Below are positions 26,616 through 36,229 of a stretch of 41,846 bases of DNA, piece after piece. Each line of letters opens with the position of its first letter. Positions within the stretch are counted from its first letter, which is position 1. This DNA comes from Pirellulales bacterium (GTDB lineage: Bacteria; Planctomycetota; Planctomycetia; Pirellulales; UBA1268). Position numbers and translations under genes: made by a program. The notes under the pieces were generated by a model. The model was not told the DNA's origin. It saw nothing but the letters and a program-made list of their open reading frames with translations, and searched no databases. The stretch is taken from NCBI GenBank assembly GCA_044355515.1, contig JBIKXY010000001.1, forward strand, positions 1-41,846, in the 5' to 3' direction.

Positions 26616-28084
26616 CCGCCGCCGGCCCGGTGAGGGTGGAGCGGACAGGCATCCTCCTGCGGCCCAACAACGCCCGCGTGCTCTATCGCCCCTTCGAGCC
26701 GCCCAGCCGCGAGCGGGCCATGAAGATCGTGTCCCGGGTGATGGAACTCTGCGAGCCGGAGGTCGAGCGGCAGCTCGCCACCGTGCTCTCGGAGTTTCAT
26801 GGCCGCCACCAGCGGCTGCAGCAGTTCTTCCTCGACCGGTTCGAGGCCGTCCGCCACCATCTGCTCACCGACCGCCCCCTCGCCGAGAGCCGCCGACAGC
26901 TGATCGGGGCCTACTTCACGCAGGAGTACGCGCTCGAAAGCGCGGCGCTCTTCAATCCCTCGATCGTCTGGCATCCCGACCAGACCGGCGTGCCGGAGGG
27001 CTCGCGCCGCTTCATCCTCAGCCTCCGGGCGGTGGGGGAGGGGCATGTGTCGAGCGTCGGCTTCCGCTCGGGGCTCGTGAATGCCGACGGCCGGATCGGT
27101 ATCGATCCGCCCACGGGCTTCGTCACGGCCCCGGCCGTGGTCGCCAACGCCCAGTACGACAAGGAGCTATTCCTGCGGAAGCTCGCCGAACTGGGCGTGG
27201 TGGACAACGTCGTGGCGGTGGTCTTCGGCGAGCTCGACGACCGGTTCACGCTCGGCGACCTCTCGGCGGCCGTAGGTCGGGCCGCGCGCCGCCACCGCGG
27301 CCGCCGCGGCGATTGGGAGCCCTACGAGCGGGCGATCATGGCATTGGCCCGGGCAAACTACGAGATCGAGTGCGACCCCGCTTCCGACATCTCCGAGCGG
27401 GTGATTTTTCCCTACTCGCCCGCCGAGACCAACGGCATCGAGGACGCCCGCTTCGTGCGGTTCACCGACGACGACGGAGCCGTGACCTACTGCGCCACCT
27501 TCACCGCCTTCGACGGCTCGGTGGTGCTCCCGCAGTTCGTCGAGACCGCCGACTTCGTGCGGTTTCGCGTCAGCACGCTCAACGGGTCCGAGATCGCCGG
27601 CAAGGGGATGGCGCTCTTTCCCCGGCGGATCAACGGCTCCTACGCGATGCTCTCCCGCCAGGATGGCGAGAACATCCATTACATGGAGTCGGACATGCTC
27701 CACTTCTGGCACGCCAAGCGGCTGCTCATGAAGCCGACCGAGCCCTGGGAATACGTCCAGATCGGCAACTGCGGCTCGCCGCTCGAAACCGAGGCCGGAT
27801 GGCTCGTGCTGACGCACGGCGTGGGGCCGATGCGGAAATACTCGATCGGCGCGGTGCTCCTGGATCTCGCCGACCCCACCCGCGTGATCGGCCGGCTTCA
27901 AGAGCCGCTCCTCTCGCCCACGGAAAACGAGCGGGCCGGTTACGTGCCCAACGTCGTCTACTCCTGCGGGGCGGCGATCCACGCCGGCCGGCTCGTGATC
28001 CCCTACTCGATGAGCGACTACGTGACGGCCTTCGCGACGGTGCGGCTCGAGGAGCTGCTGGGGGCGCTTGGGGCGGGGGCGTGA
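26612..28084 (+). CDS. GH130-like (beta-mannoside phosphorylase/glycosidase-related) protein with an N-terminal extension
   Basis: GTG 26612 overlaps the upstream stop (GTGA). Motifs are GIEDARFVRFTDDDG, YCATFTAFDG, GKGMALFPRRINGSYAMLSR, GNCGSPLETEAGWLVLTHGVGPMRKYSIGAVLLDL, ERAGYVPNVVYSCG and VIPYSMSD. Confidence 0.75.
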   Translation: MTAAGPVRVERTGILLRPNNARVLYRPFEPPSRERAMKIVSRVMELCEPEVERQLATVLSEFHGRHQRLQQFFLDRFEAVRHHLLTDRPLAESRRQLIGAYFTQEYALESAALFNPSIVWHPDQTGVPEGSRRFILSLRAVGEGHVSSVGFRSGLVNADGRIGIDPPTGFVTAPAVVANAQYDKELFLRKLAELGVVDNVVAVVFGELDDRFTLGDLSAAVGRAARRHRGRRGDWEPYERAIMALARANYEIECDPASDISERVIFPYSPAETNGIEDARFVRFTDDDGAVTYCATFTAFDGSVVLPQFVETADFVRFRVSTLNGSEIAGKGMALFPRRINGSYAMLSRQDGENIHYMESDMLHFWHAKRLLMKPTEPWEYVQIGNCGSPLETEAGWLVLTHGVGPMRKYSIGAVLLDLADPTRVIGRLQEPLLSPTENERAGYVPNVVYSCGAAIHAGRLVIPYSMSDYVTAFATVRLEELLGALGAGA

Positions 28085-28116
28085 TTGGTTGCGGCACGTC
28101 GTGGGTGCTGCGGCTC

Positions 28117-28248
28117 GGGGTTGCCCATGCCATCTCGCCGGACGCTCGCTTCAGGCATCCTGCCTTTCGCTCGCTCGGAGGAAACCTCGCTCCGCCATCC
28201 TGGCTGCGCTCGGTTTCCTACGCCGTCTCGATTGGCATGGGCAATCCC
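28117..28248 (+). repeat. MITE/REP-like element, copy 6 (full)
   Basis: GGGGTTGCCCATGCCA...TGGCATGGGCAATCCC; one arm position becomes a G:T pair. It lies between the GH130-like gene and the first hydrogenase gene. Confidence 0.9.
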
Positions 28249-28317
28249 TCGCAGTCTTTCAATGCGCCGGGTTCGCGTGGCCGTGAACTGATAGACTGTC
28301 AGATCCCAGAGACTTTT

Positions 28318-29538
28318 ATGACCATCCGTCAGATCTCCCATGGTTCCTGGTGGTGGCTTGACTCGGCCGGGCTCGACCGGCTGATCGCGGCGCTGGCCGC
28401 CGCGGGCTACCGGGTGGTTGGCCCGCAGGTCGCCGACGGGGCGGTCGTGGTCCGCGACCTGGCTTCGGCCCGTGACCTGCCCGCCGGCTGGCTCGACGAG
28501 CAGGACGGCGGCTCCTACCGGCTGCGGTTCGACCCCGCGGCCGGCACGTTCGACCACGTGGTCGGCCCGCACTCGCTCAAAAACTTTCTCTTTCCCGCCC
28601 GGGAGACGATCGCGAAGTTCACGCGGGCCGACGGCTCGTGGTCGCAGGAGGAGCTGGCCCGCGACGAGCCGCCGCTGGCGGTGATCGGCGTTCGGGCCTG
28701 CGACCTCGAGGCGCTGCGGATCCAGGACCGCGTGTTCCTCGGGGGCGAGCACGTCGATCCGGGCTACGCGGCCCGCCGCGGGAAGCTGTTCGTCGTGGCG
28801 GTCAACTGCCGCCGCGCCGTGGCCACCTGCTTCTGCCACTCGATGGGCTGTGGCCCGGCCGCCACCCACTCCTTCGATCTGGCGCTCACTGAGAAGGGCG
28901 GCGGCACGGGGGCCGGTGATGGCGCCGGCCCGAGCCGGTTCGCCTGCGAGGTGGGTTCGGCCCGCGGGGCCGAGATCCTGGCGGCACTGGACGACGGTCT
29001 CGATGCGTGCACGCCCGCCGAGGTGGCGGCAGCGAAGGCGGTGCCGGAGGATCTGGCCGCGCGGATGCACGCCCGCGCGGCCGAGCCGGGGCAGCCGCGG
29101 CCCCGCAGCCTCGACACCGAGGGGATCCGCGACCTGCTGCTCGGCAACCTCGAGCACGCCCGCTGGGACGAGGTGGCGGCCCGCTGCCTCTCCTGCACCA
29201 ACTGCACGCTCGTCTGCCCGACCTGCTTCTGCGCGAGCGTGGCGGAGGTGGCCGACCTCTCCGGCGACCACGTGGAGCGGGAGCGGCACTGGGCGAGCTG
29301 TTTCACGCTCGACCACGCGAAGATCCACGGCCACAGCGTCCGGAGTTCGACCGCCTCGCGCTACCGCCAGTGGCTGACCCACAAGCTCGCGGGCTGGATC
29401 GACCAGTTCGGCACCTCCGGCTGCACCGGCTGCGGGCGGTGCATCACCTGGTGCCCCGTGGGGATCGACATCACCGAGGAGGTGGCGGCCATCCGGGCAA
29501 CGCCTGGGGCGAAAGCGGCGCCGGGAGGCGGGCCATGA
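28318..29538 (+). CDS. [NiFe] hydrogenase group 3b-type beta subunit (AsrA/HydB-like 4Fe-4S protein)
   Basis: ATG 28318 (MTIRQISHG...). Cys clusters are CFCHSMGC, CLSCTNCTLVCPTCFC and CTGCGRCITWCPVGIDI. The upstream part of the 741-aa track ORF is shadow frame. Confidence 0.75.
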   Translation: MTIRQISHGSWWWLDSAGLDRLIAALAAAGYRVVGPQVADGAVVVRDLASARDLPAGWLDEQDGGSYRLRFDPAAGTFDHVVGPHSLKNFLFPARETIAKFTRADGSWSQEELARDEPPLAVIGVRACDLEALRIQDRVFLGGEHVDPGYAARRGKLFVVAVNCRRAVATCFCHSMGCGPAATHSFDLALTEKGGGTGAGDGAGPSRFACEVGSARGAEILAALDDGLDACTPAEVAAAKAVPEDLAARMHARAAEPGQPRPRSLDTEGIRDLLLGNLEHARWDEVAARCLSCTNCTLVCPTCFCASVAEVADLSGDHVERERHWASCFTLDHAKIHGHSVRSSTASRYRQWLTHKLAGWIDQFGTSGCTGCGRCITWCPVGIDITEEVAAIRATPGAKAAPGGGP

Positions 29539-30401
29539 ACCCGGCCGCCGTCACGGCACCACCGCAGGCGGCCCCCGATCCCTGGCGGTCGCATGCGGCC
29601 CGGATCATCCGGATCACGCCCGAGGTGCCGGGGGTGCAGACCTACGACCTCGAGTTTCGCGATGAGCGGGTTCGCGACGCCTACCGATTTCAGGCCGGCC
29701 AGTTCAACATGCTCTACCTCCCGGGCATCGGCGAGGCGGCGATCTCGATCTCGTCGGATGCCGCGGCGCCGCGGGTGCTCGCCCACACGGTGCGGGCGGT
29801 GGGCAACGTCACCGAGGCGCTCGCCCGGCTCGACGTGGGCGACGAAGTGCTGCTCCGCGGGCCCTACGGCCGGCCCTGGCCGGTCGACTCGCTCCGGGGC
29901 CGCCACGTGATCGTGGTCGGCGGCGGCCTGGGGCTGGCCTCGCAGCGGACGGCGATCCTCGAATGTGCCCGGCACCGCGACCACTACGCGAGCGTCACGA
30001 TCCTCCACGGGGCCAAGACGCCGGCCGGCCTCTTCTACACCGCGGAGTACGCCGCCTGGCGGGCGGCGGGGATCGACGTGCGGCCCGCCGTGGACTCGCC
30101 CGATGCCGCCTGGCACGGCCACGTCGGCCTCGTCACCGAGCTGTTCGCGGATCTCGCGATCGATCCCGCGCGGGCCGCCGTGCTCTGCTGCGGTCCCGAT
30201 CCGATGATGACGGCCGTGGCCCGGGCGGCGGCGGGGATCGGGATCGCCCCCCGCGACGTGTTCGTGTCGCTCGAGCGAAACATGGCCTGTGCCGTGCGGC
30301 ACTGCGGGCTCTGCCAGTTCGGGCCGCACTTCGTCTGCCAGGACGGCCCGGTGTTCGCGTATGATTCCATCGCGGGGCTCCTCGCGGTGCCGCACCTCTA
30401 G
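29535..30401 (+). CDS. [NiFe] hydrogenase group 3b-type gamma subunit (FAD/NAD(P)-binding oxidoreductase with a C-terminal 2Fe-2S Cys cluster, AsrB/HydG-like)
   Basis: ATG 29535 overlaps the upstream stop (ATGA). Motifs are [54 protein letters not shown] and [23 protein letters not shown]. Confidence 0.75.
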   Translation: MNPAAVTAPPQAAPDPWRSHAARIIRITPEVPGVQTYDLEFRDERVRDAYRFQAGQFNMLYLPGIGEAAISISSDAAAPRVLAHTVRAVGNVTEALARLDVGDEVLLRGPYGRPWPVDSLRGRHVIVVGGGLGLASQRTAILECARHRDHYASVTILHGAKTPAGLFYTAEYAAWRAAGIDVRPAVDSPDAAWHGHVGLVTELFADLAIDPARAAVLCCGPDPMMTAVARAAAGIGIAPRDVFVSLERNMACAVRHCGLCQFGPHFVCQDGPVFAYDSIAGLLAVPHL

Positions 30402-30411
30402 CGAGCCGGCC

Positions 30412-31203
30412 ATGGCCACTCCCACGAAGCCGAGCCTCGCGGTCTTCAAGTTCGCCTCGTGCGACGGCTGCCAGCTGCAGCTGCTCGACGCCCAGGGCAA
30501 GCTGCTCGAGATCGCCGACCGGGTCCGGATCGACCACTTCCTCGAAGCCAGTTCGGCCGTGGTGCCCGGGCCCTACGACGTGGGGCTCGTGGAGGGCTCG
30601 ATCTCGACGGCCCACGACGTCGAGCGGATTCGGGAGATCCGCCGGCAGTGCCGGTTTCTCGTCACGATCGGCGCCTGCGCCACCTCGGGCGGCATCCAGG
30701 CCCTGCGGAACTGGGGGCAGATCGACGACTTCCTGGGGGCCGTCTACGCCTCGCCCGAAACCATCAGCACGCTTGCGACGAGCACGGCCATCGCCGACCA
30801 CGTGCCGGTCGATTTCGAGCTGCGCGGCTGCCCGATCGACACCGGGCAGCTGGTGGAACTCATCACGGCGGTCGTGCTCGGCCGCAAACCGCGGGTGCCG
30901 GGCTCTTCGGTCTGCGTGGAGTGCAAGGCCCGGGGCACGGTCTGCGTGGCCGTCGCCAAGGGGATCCCCTGCCTGGGGCCGGTCACGCAGGCCGGCTGCG
31001 GGGCGATCTGCCCGGCCCACGACCGCGAGTGCTTCGGCTGCTACGGCCCGGCCGAGGCGGCGAATCTCGTCAGCCTGTCCGGCTTCTACGAGGCCCGGGG
31101 CACGCCCCGTGCGGAACTCACGCGGCTGGTGCGGTCGTTCAACGGCTACGCCCCCGCGTTTCGCGCCGAGAGCGACCGGCTGGATGGGGAACACAATCGA
31201 TGA
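30412..31203 (+). CDS. [NiFe] hydrogenase small (delta) subunit
   Basis: [65 protein letters not shown] and [19 protein letters not shown] match the short group-3 small-subunit pattern. Confidence 0.85.
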   Translation: MATPTKPSLAVFKFASCDGCQLQLLDAQGKLLEIADRVRIDHFLEASSAVVPGPYDVGLVEGSISTAHDVERIREIRRQCRFLVTIGACATSGGIQALRNWGQIDDFLGAVYASPETISTLATSTAIADHVPVDFELRGCPIDTGQLVELITAVVLGRKPRVPGSSVCVECKARGTVCVAVAKGIPCLGPVTQAGCGAICPAHDRECFGCYGPAEAANLVSLSGFYEARGTPRAELTRLVRSFNGYAPAFRAESDRLDGEHNR

Positions 31204-31245
31204 CGATGTTGAATTCTCCGCAACCTGCGCAACCTTGGACAGCGA

Positions 31246-31295
31246 GGGGTTGCCCGTGCCAATCGAGCGTCCGGCGAGATGGCACGGGCAATCCC
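31246..31295 (-). repeat. MITE/REP-like element, copy 7 (50-bp mini version: the two arms only)
   Basis: GGGGTTGCCCGTGCCA-ATCGAGCGTCCGGCGAGA-TGGCACGGGCAATCCC. The internal ~80 bp are absent. An A>G change in one arm is matched by T>C in the other. It lies between the hydrogenase small- and large-subunit genes. Confidence 0.85.
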
Positions 31296-31371
31296 TCGCG
31301 TGGCGTGCCGCACGATTCTCCGAACGGCCGACACGAAAGCCGGTCACCCTTTGCCAGCCTTGTGACGTTCC

Positions 31372-32700
31372 ATGAGTGATCCCGTCGTGCGCACGATCAC
31401 CGTCAACGCCCTGGCCCGGGTCGAGGGGGAGGGGTCGCTGCGGGTGCGGGTGGCCGACGGCCGGGTCGAGATCGCGGAGTTTTCGATCTACGAGCCGCCG
31501 AGGTTCTTCGAAAAGCTCGTCCAGGGGCGGGCGATCCGCGAACTGCCCGACCTGGTGGCCCGGATCTGCGGCATCTGCCCGGTGGCCTACCAGATGAGCG
31601 CCTGCCAGGCGGCCGAGCAGGCGCTCGGGATCAGCGTGACGCCGCCGATCGAGGCCCTGCGGCGGCTGCTCTACTGCGGCGAGTGGATCCAGAGCCACTC
31701 GCTGCATATCCACCTGCTCCACGCGCCCGACTTCCTCGGGCACGAGAGCGGCCTCGCGCTCGCCAAGGTGGCGCCCGAGCTGGTCGAGCGGGGCCTCAGG
31801 CTCAAGGCGCTCGGCAACCGGATCATGGAGGTGGTGGGGGGCCGGGCGGTGCACCCGATCAACGTGGCGGTGGGGGGCTTTCACAAGGCCCCCCACCCGG
31901 CGGCGATCCGCGGCCTCGTGCCCGACCTCGAATGGGGGCTGGCGGCCGCCGAGGAGGTCGTTCGCGAAACGAGCCGGTTCGAGTTTCCCGAGTTCACGCG
32001 GGCCTACGAGTGCGTCTGCCTGCGGGCCGCCGCTGAATATCCGATGAACCAGGGCCGCGTGGTGTCTTCGAGCGGGCTCGACATCGACGTGGCCGACTAC
32101 GAGCGACACTTCCAGGAGCGGCAGGTGCCCTGGAGCACGGCGCTCCAGAGCGTGATGCTGCCAGCAGAAAAACCCTACCTCTGCGGGCCCGTGAGCAGGC
32201 TCAACCTCTGCTTCGACCAGCTGCCGCCCCGGGCCCGGGCGGCCGCCGAGGCGAGCGGCATCCCGCTGCCGATCACCAACTCGTTCCAGAGCATCGTGGC
32301 CCGCGGGATCGAGATCGTGGCGGCCTGCGAGGAGGCGATCCGGCTCGCGACGGCGCATGCCGACCGGCCGATCGCCCCCTGCCGGATCGAGTGGCAGCCC
32401 CGCGACGGCGTCGGCTGCCATGCCACGGAGGCGCCCCGGGGGATCCTCTACCATCGCTACGAGATGGAGGGCGACGGACTCGTGAAGGCGGCCGTGATCG
32501 TGCCGCCGACGTCGCAGAACCAGGGGCAGATCGAGGCCGACCTCGCCGACATGCTGCCGGGCCTGCTCGACCGGGCCGACGACGAGGTCCGCCACCGCTG
32601 CGAGCACCTGATCAGGAACTACGACCCCTGCATCAGTTGTGCCACGCATTTTCTCAAGCTCGAGATCGAGCGGGAGCCGGCGAAAGGAGAGCCCGGCTGA
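31372..32700 (+). CDS. [NiFe] hydrogenase large (alpha) subunit, group 3b-like
   Basis: The N-terminal Ni-binding motif is RICGICPVAY and the C-terminal motif is DPCISCATH, followed by a 16-aa tail (FLKLEIEREPAKGEPG). ARVEGEG is near the N-terminus. At 442 aa it has typical group-3 size. Confidence 0.85.
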   Translation: MSDPVVRTITVNALARVEGEGSLRVRVADGRVEIAEFSIYEPPRFFEKLVQGRAIRELPDLVARICGICPVAYQMSACQAAEQALGISVTPPIEALRRLLYCGEWIQSHSLHIHLLHAPDFLGHESGLALAKVAPELVERGLRLKALGNRIMEVVGGRAVHPINVAVGGFHKAPHPAAIRGLVPDLEWGLAAAEEVVRETSRFEFPEFTRAYECVCLRAAAEYPMNQGRVVSSSGLDIDVADYERHFQERQVPWSTALQSVMLPAEKPYLCGPVSRLNLCFDQLPPRARAAAEASGIPLPITNSFQSIVARGIEIVAACEEAIRLATAHADRPIAPCRIEWQPRDGVGCHATEAPRGILYHRYEMEGDGLVKAAVIVPPTSQNQGQIEADLADMLPGLLDRADDEVRHRCEHLIRNYDPCISCATHFLKLEIEREPAKGEPG

Positions 32701-33320
32701 TGGCACATTCGCAACGGTCTCCGGGCTGACGAGCGGCTCGTGAATCGGGTGTTGCCCGTGTTTCCCCGTTTGTGAGCCCGAAGCAGCGTCAGCCGGAACG
32801 CCTGCCTTCCCCCCTGGAGTGGCGTTTTGCTGGCGTCGGTGCGGAGTCTCTCTGAGGCCGGCCGCCTGGCGGCTTCGTTGATGCCTCGCGTCCGGCAGGA
32901 CTCAGAGGCTGTCAATGTCGGTCGCTGGCAACTCGTCGGGCGACGCTTGATAGACGTCGCGGTCGTCATGGGCCTGGACAAGCTCGGCCCATTCGGCGGG
33001 CGGGCCCCGAGCTGGTGAGACGGGTGGCGGCTCGAGCGGTTCCCTCGAGTGCGTAAGGATCTTCCGGATCGGCCCCGGCTCCGTGATGAAGGCAACCAGC
33101 CGGATGTCGCCGCCGCATCCCGGACACCAAAGGGGAAACTCCTCCCCCACCCGCGCCATGAGCTTGGCCCGCGCTTTTTCGCGACGTGTCGTGCGAGCGG
33201 GGCTTTTGATGCGGGTCGCAGCAGCCTCCGGTGCCGTGACCGTCGTCCAGATCCACATGCCCGTCGGTCGTGGCCTCGCATTGCTTGCCGATATTCCCGA
33301 TTGCCAGCGCCGTAACCGCA
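32700..33320 (-). mobile_element. IS91-family (Y2 HUH rolling-circle) element remnant A: 3' ~100 codons of the transposase plus the 3' terminal region; 5'-truncated
   Basis: The minus strand reads ...RREKARAKLMARVGEEFPLWCPGCGGDIRLVAFITEPGPIRKILTHSREPLEPPPVSPARGPP...ATDIDSL*, an IS91 transposase C-terminal zinc-ribbon region. The ~100 bp at 32700-32800 are homologous to 41419-41525. Confidence 0.7.
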
Positions 33321-33737
33321 CGCCAGCGTGCCATTGGGGATGTGGATCGCAGCGGCCGGGATGTCGATGTGGTCGAACAGATGCTCCCGCATGAAGCGGT
33401 GGTAGCTTTGCAGCGCGTCGGGCTACATCGGCCAGTATTCGTCGAGGTTGAACGTGTCGACCGTCTTGAACGAGACACCCTCCTCGCGGTGGAGGCGAAT
33501 CAGCTCGTCGTAGACGCCCACCGGCGTGCTCCCCGTCGCGAGTCCGAGCACCGTCTTCAAGCCGGACCGGGCCCGCTCCGTGACGAGGTCGGCAATTTCC
33601 CTCGCGACCGCGCGGCTCGCATCGCGGGGCTGGTCGTAGACGGTGACGGGAATCCGCTCGACGGTGGTCGCGTGCGGGATCGGGCCGCGATAGATCGGCG
33701 CGGAAGGTGACATGGCGGAATGGATGGCGGCGGACAT
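33320..33737 (-). pseudogene. nagB: Glucosamine-6-phosphate deaminase (NagB) N-terminal fragment with an in-frame TAG, truncated by the IS remnant
   Basis: The sequence reads ...[42 protein letters not shown], then TAG (33420-33422), then PDALQSYHRFMREHLFDHIDIPAAAIHIPNGTLA in the same frame. NagB similarity ends at about 33320, where the IS91-like sequence begins. Confidence 0.75.
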
Positions 33738-33781
33738 GACGGGATAACCTCCTGCGGTGGCGGCGGCTCGGCCGCCAATGT

Positions 33782-35065
33782 TCAGACGAGCTTCGTTTTA
33801 CCTGGTATGGCGAACTGCGGCTTGGGCAGGGCCGACTCCCATGTGAGATCCTTCGGAAAGAGATCGAGCGTGGACTCCTCAGTCGCGAACTTCCAGGTCA
33901 CCCTCTGGCCCGTGTAGGCGGCCATGCGGCCCATCACGGCCACCATCGAACTGTCGGCGAGTTGCCTGATCTCGACAATCGGCTTCCCGGTGCGGACGGA
34001 ATCGACGAGATCCTTGTGCTCTTGCTTATAGGCAGCGGCGATGCTGCCCTCCATCTCCCAGATCTTCTCGCCGGTGCGGTCGAAGATCCGTGAGCCGGCG
34101 TCGGCAGCTCCGATGTGGCATTGCCCCTTGGTGCCGTAGACGACGTTGCCCACGTCGCCCGCCACCCCCGCGACCTGCCGGCCCATGAACGACACGATCC
34201 GATTGCCCGGATACTCGTAATCGATGCACATGCTGTCCCACATCTCGCTGTCGGCGGGCCGCGAGAACCGGCCCCCGGAGCCAAACGCGGACACGGGGTT
34301 GGCATCCATCACCCAGTTCATGAGGTCCAGATTGTGGACGGCCTGCTCGACGATCTGGTCGCCGCTCAGCCAGATGAAGTGCATCCAGTTATTGAGCTGG
34401 TATTGGGCGTCGCTCATCCCTTCCTTCCGCGGTCGATGCCAGATCCCGGAAGAGCAGTAGCGGGCGGTCGCGCCGATCACGTCGCCGATCATGCCCTGGC
34501 GGATCTGCTCGATCGCCCCGACGTAGTTCACCTGTCGGCGATACTGCGTGCCGGCCACCACCGAGAGCCCCTTGGCCACGGCGTCATCCTGCGTTTCGAG
34601 GCAGATCCGATAGCCGGCCGGATCGACGCAGCCCGGCTTCTCGGTGAAGACATGCTTGCCGGCCGCCACGGCCTCGCGCGCATAGCTCGGCCGGAAGCCC
34701 GGCGACGTGGCGATGAGCACGATGTCGACCGTCGCGTCATCGAGCACCCGCTTGTAGCCATCGAGCCCGCCGTAGACCTTCGCGTCGTCGATGGCGATCT
34801 TGTCGCCGTGGGCCTCGAGATTCTTTCGCAGGGCTGCGCACTTTTCGGCGTAGAGATCGGCGGCGGCCACCACCTTCACGCCTTGGTTGATGGAGAGCGA
34901 GTCGTTGACGGCGCCGCTGCCGCGGCCCCCGCAGCCGATGATGCCCAGCCGCAGTTCACGCGGCTCGTCGGCCGCGGCGATCGACGAATGCACGAAGAGC
35001 CCCGAGGCGAGCGATGTTGCGGCACCTGCTTGCAAAAATCCGCGGCGGCTCGATGTCTGGCGCAC
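33782..35065 (-). CDS. Gfo/Idh/MocA-family oxidoreductase with a TAT signal
   Basis: GTG 35065 is preceded by GGGAG. The twin-arginine signal is [18 protein letters not shown]. The Rossmann motif is [15 protein letters not shown], with EKP in VFTEKPGC. Confidence 0.8.
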   Translation of the reverse strand: MRQTSSRRGFLQAGAATSLASGLFVHSSIAAADEPRELRLGIIGCGGRGSGAVNDSLSINQGVKVVAAADLYAEKCAALRKNLEAHGDKIAIDDAKVYGGLDGYKRVLDDATVDIVLIATSPGFRPSYAREAVAAGKHVFTEKPGCVDPAGYRICLETQDDAVAKGLSVVAGTQYRRQVNYVGAIEQIRQGMIGDVIGATARYCSSGIWHRPRKEGMSDAQYQLNNWMHFIWLSGDQIVEQAVHNLDLMNWVMDANPVSAFGSGGRFSRPADSEMWDSMCIDYEYPGNRIVSFMGRQVAGVAGDVGNVVYGTKGQCHIGAADAGSRIFDRTGEKIWEMEGSIAAAYKQEHKDLVDSVRTGKPIVEIRQLADSSMVAVMGRMAAYTGQRVTWKFATEESTLDLFPKDLTWESALPKPQFAIPGKTKLV

Positions 35066-35097
35066 GAGATTGTTCTCCCGAAAGAAAGGAAAGTGTG

Positions 35098-36033
35098 TCA
35101 GTCGAGGAGGGCCGTCTTCATCTGCTCGAGCACATTCTTCAGACGAGCTACGTCGCCCCCGCCCACCTCGGCGGAGACCCAGCCCGTGAACCTGATTTCG
35201 GCAAGCGCCTTCCGCACGGCCACCCAGTCGATGTCGCCGGCGGTGATGTCGACGAAGCCCTTCCATTTGCCTTCGGCGTCGGCCTTGGCGTTGGCATAGC
35301 CCTTGATGTCGAGTTTGATGATCCGCGGGCCGAGTTCCCGCACCCAGGCGGCGACGTCGCCATAGCGGGCATGGTTGCCGAGATCGAAAAACGCGCCGAC
35401 CCACGGGCTTTCGAAGCTGTCGATGTAGTCGGCAAACGGCTTGGCCGACTGCGTGCGCGGCCCGTCATCCTGATAGAAGAGTCCATTCCACACGTTCTCG
35501 AAGAGGATCCGCTGGCCGAGCGTGGCCGCCAGCGGGATCGCCTTTTTGATCTCCTCGCGGGCCCGGTCCGGCCCCTCCGGCCCATCGTCCTTCTTGCCCA
35601 CGACGATGAGCACGCCACTGCCCCCCGCGGCGTGCGACACGCGAAGGCAGTGCATGAGGTTCGCCAGCCCGTCGGCCCGCACGGCGGCGTCGGCGCTCGT
35701 GAGCGTCTTTTTCCAATGCGTGTGGTTGATCGCGTTGTGGATGAACACGCCGGTGCGGGCCGCCGCCTCGCGCAGTTGCTCGGGTGTCACCGACGCCGCG
35801 GCGTCGAAATCGACGCCATCCATCCCGGCCTCGCGGGCGGCGGCGAGCCGGTCGTCCAGGCTCGCGCCGGCGGTCATCGAGTATTTGCAGGAGAACAAAA
35901 GCCCGCCCGTGGGCTGCGGCTCGGGCACGACGCAGGAGGGGGCTGGCCTGGTCACGGCGTCATCCGCGCGGGCTGCGGTGGAGCCGACGACAGTGGCGGC
36001 CGATGCGAGCAGGGTGCGGCGATTGAGTCGCAT
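35098..36033 (-). CDS. Sugar phosphate isomerase/epimerase (xylose isomerase-like TIM barrel) with a TAT-like signal
   Basis: MRLNRRTLLASAATVVGSTAARA, then LFENVWNG, FDLGNHARYG and IIKLDIKG, which are typical of the AP endonuclease 2/xylose isomerase-like fold. Confidence 0.75.
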   Translation of the reverse strand: MRLNRRTLLASAATVVGSTAARADDAVTRPAPSCVVPEPQPTGGLLFSCKYSMTAGASLDDRLAAAREAGMDGVDFDAAASVTPEQLREAAARTGVFIHNAINHTHWKKTLTSADAAVRADGLANLMHCLRVSHAAGGSGVLIVVGKKDDGPEGPDRAREEIKKAIPLAATLGQRILFENVWNGLFYQDDGPRTQSAKPFADYIDSFESPWVGAFFDLGNHARYGDVAAWVRELGPRIIKLDIKGYANAKADAEGKWKGFVDITAGDIDWVAVRKALAEIRFTGWVSAEVGGGDVARLKNVLEQMKTALLD

Positions 36034-36229
36034 GAGAACTCCCAGGCAATACCTCCACTATCTTCGTCGGCCCGGCTCCTGCTCGAAATGCCCAAACGTC
36101 CAAAACCATGTCTATCTGTACTTTCTCCATCCTCGATGCCATTGCCAGGGTATGGCGAGAGCCTGTGTCTTTCCGTATTGTGATAGAGGTTTTCGCGTTG
36201 TCTGGACCCGTTTCCCGCGCAGCCATTCG

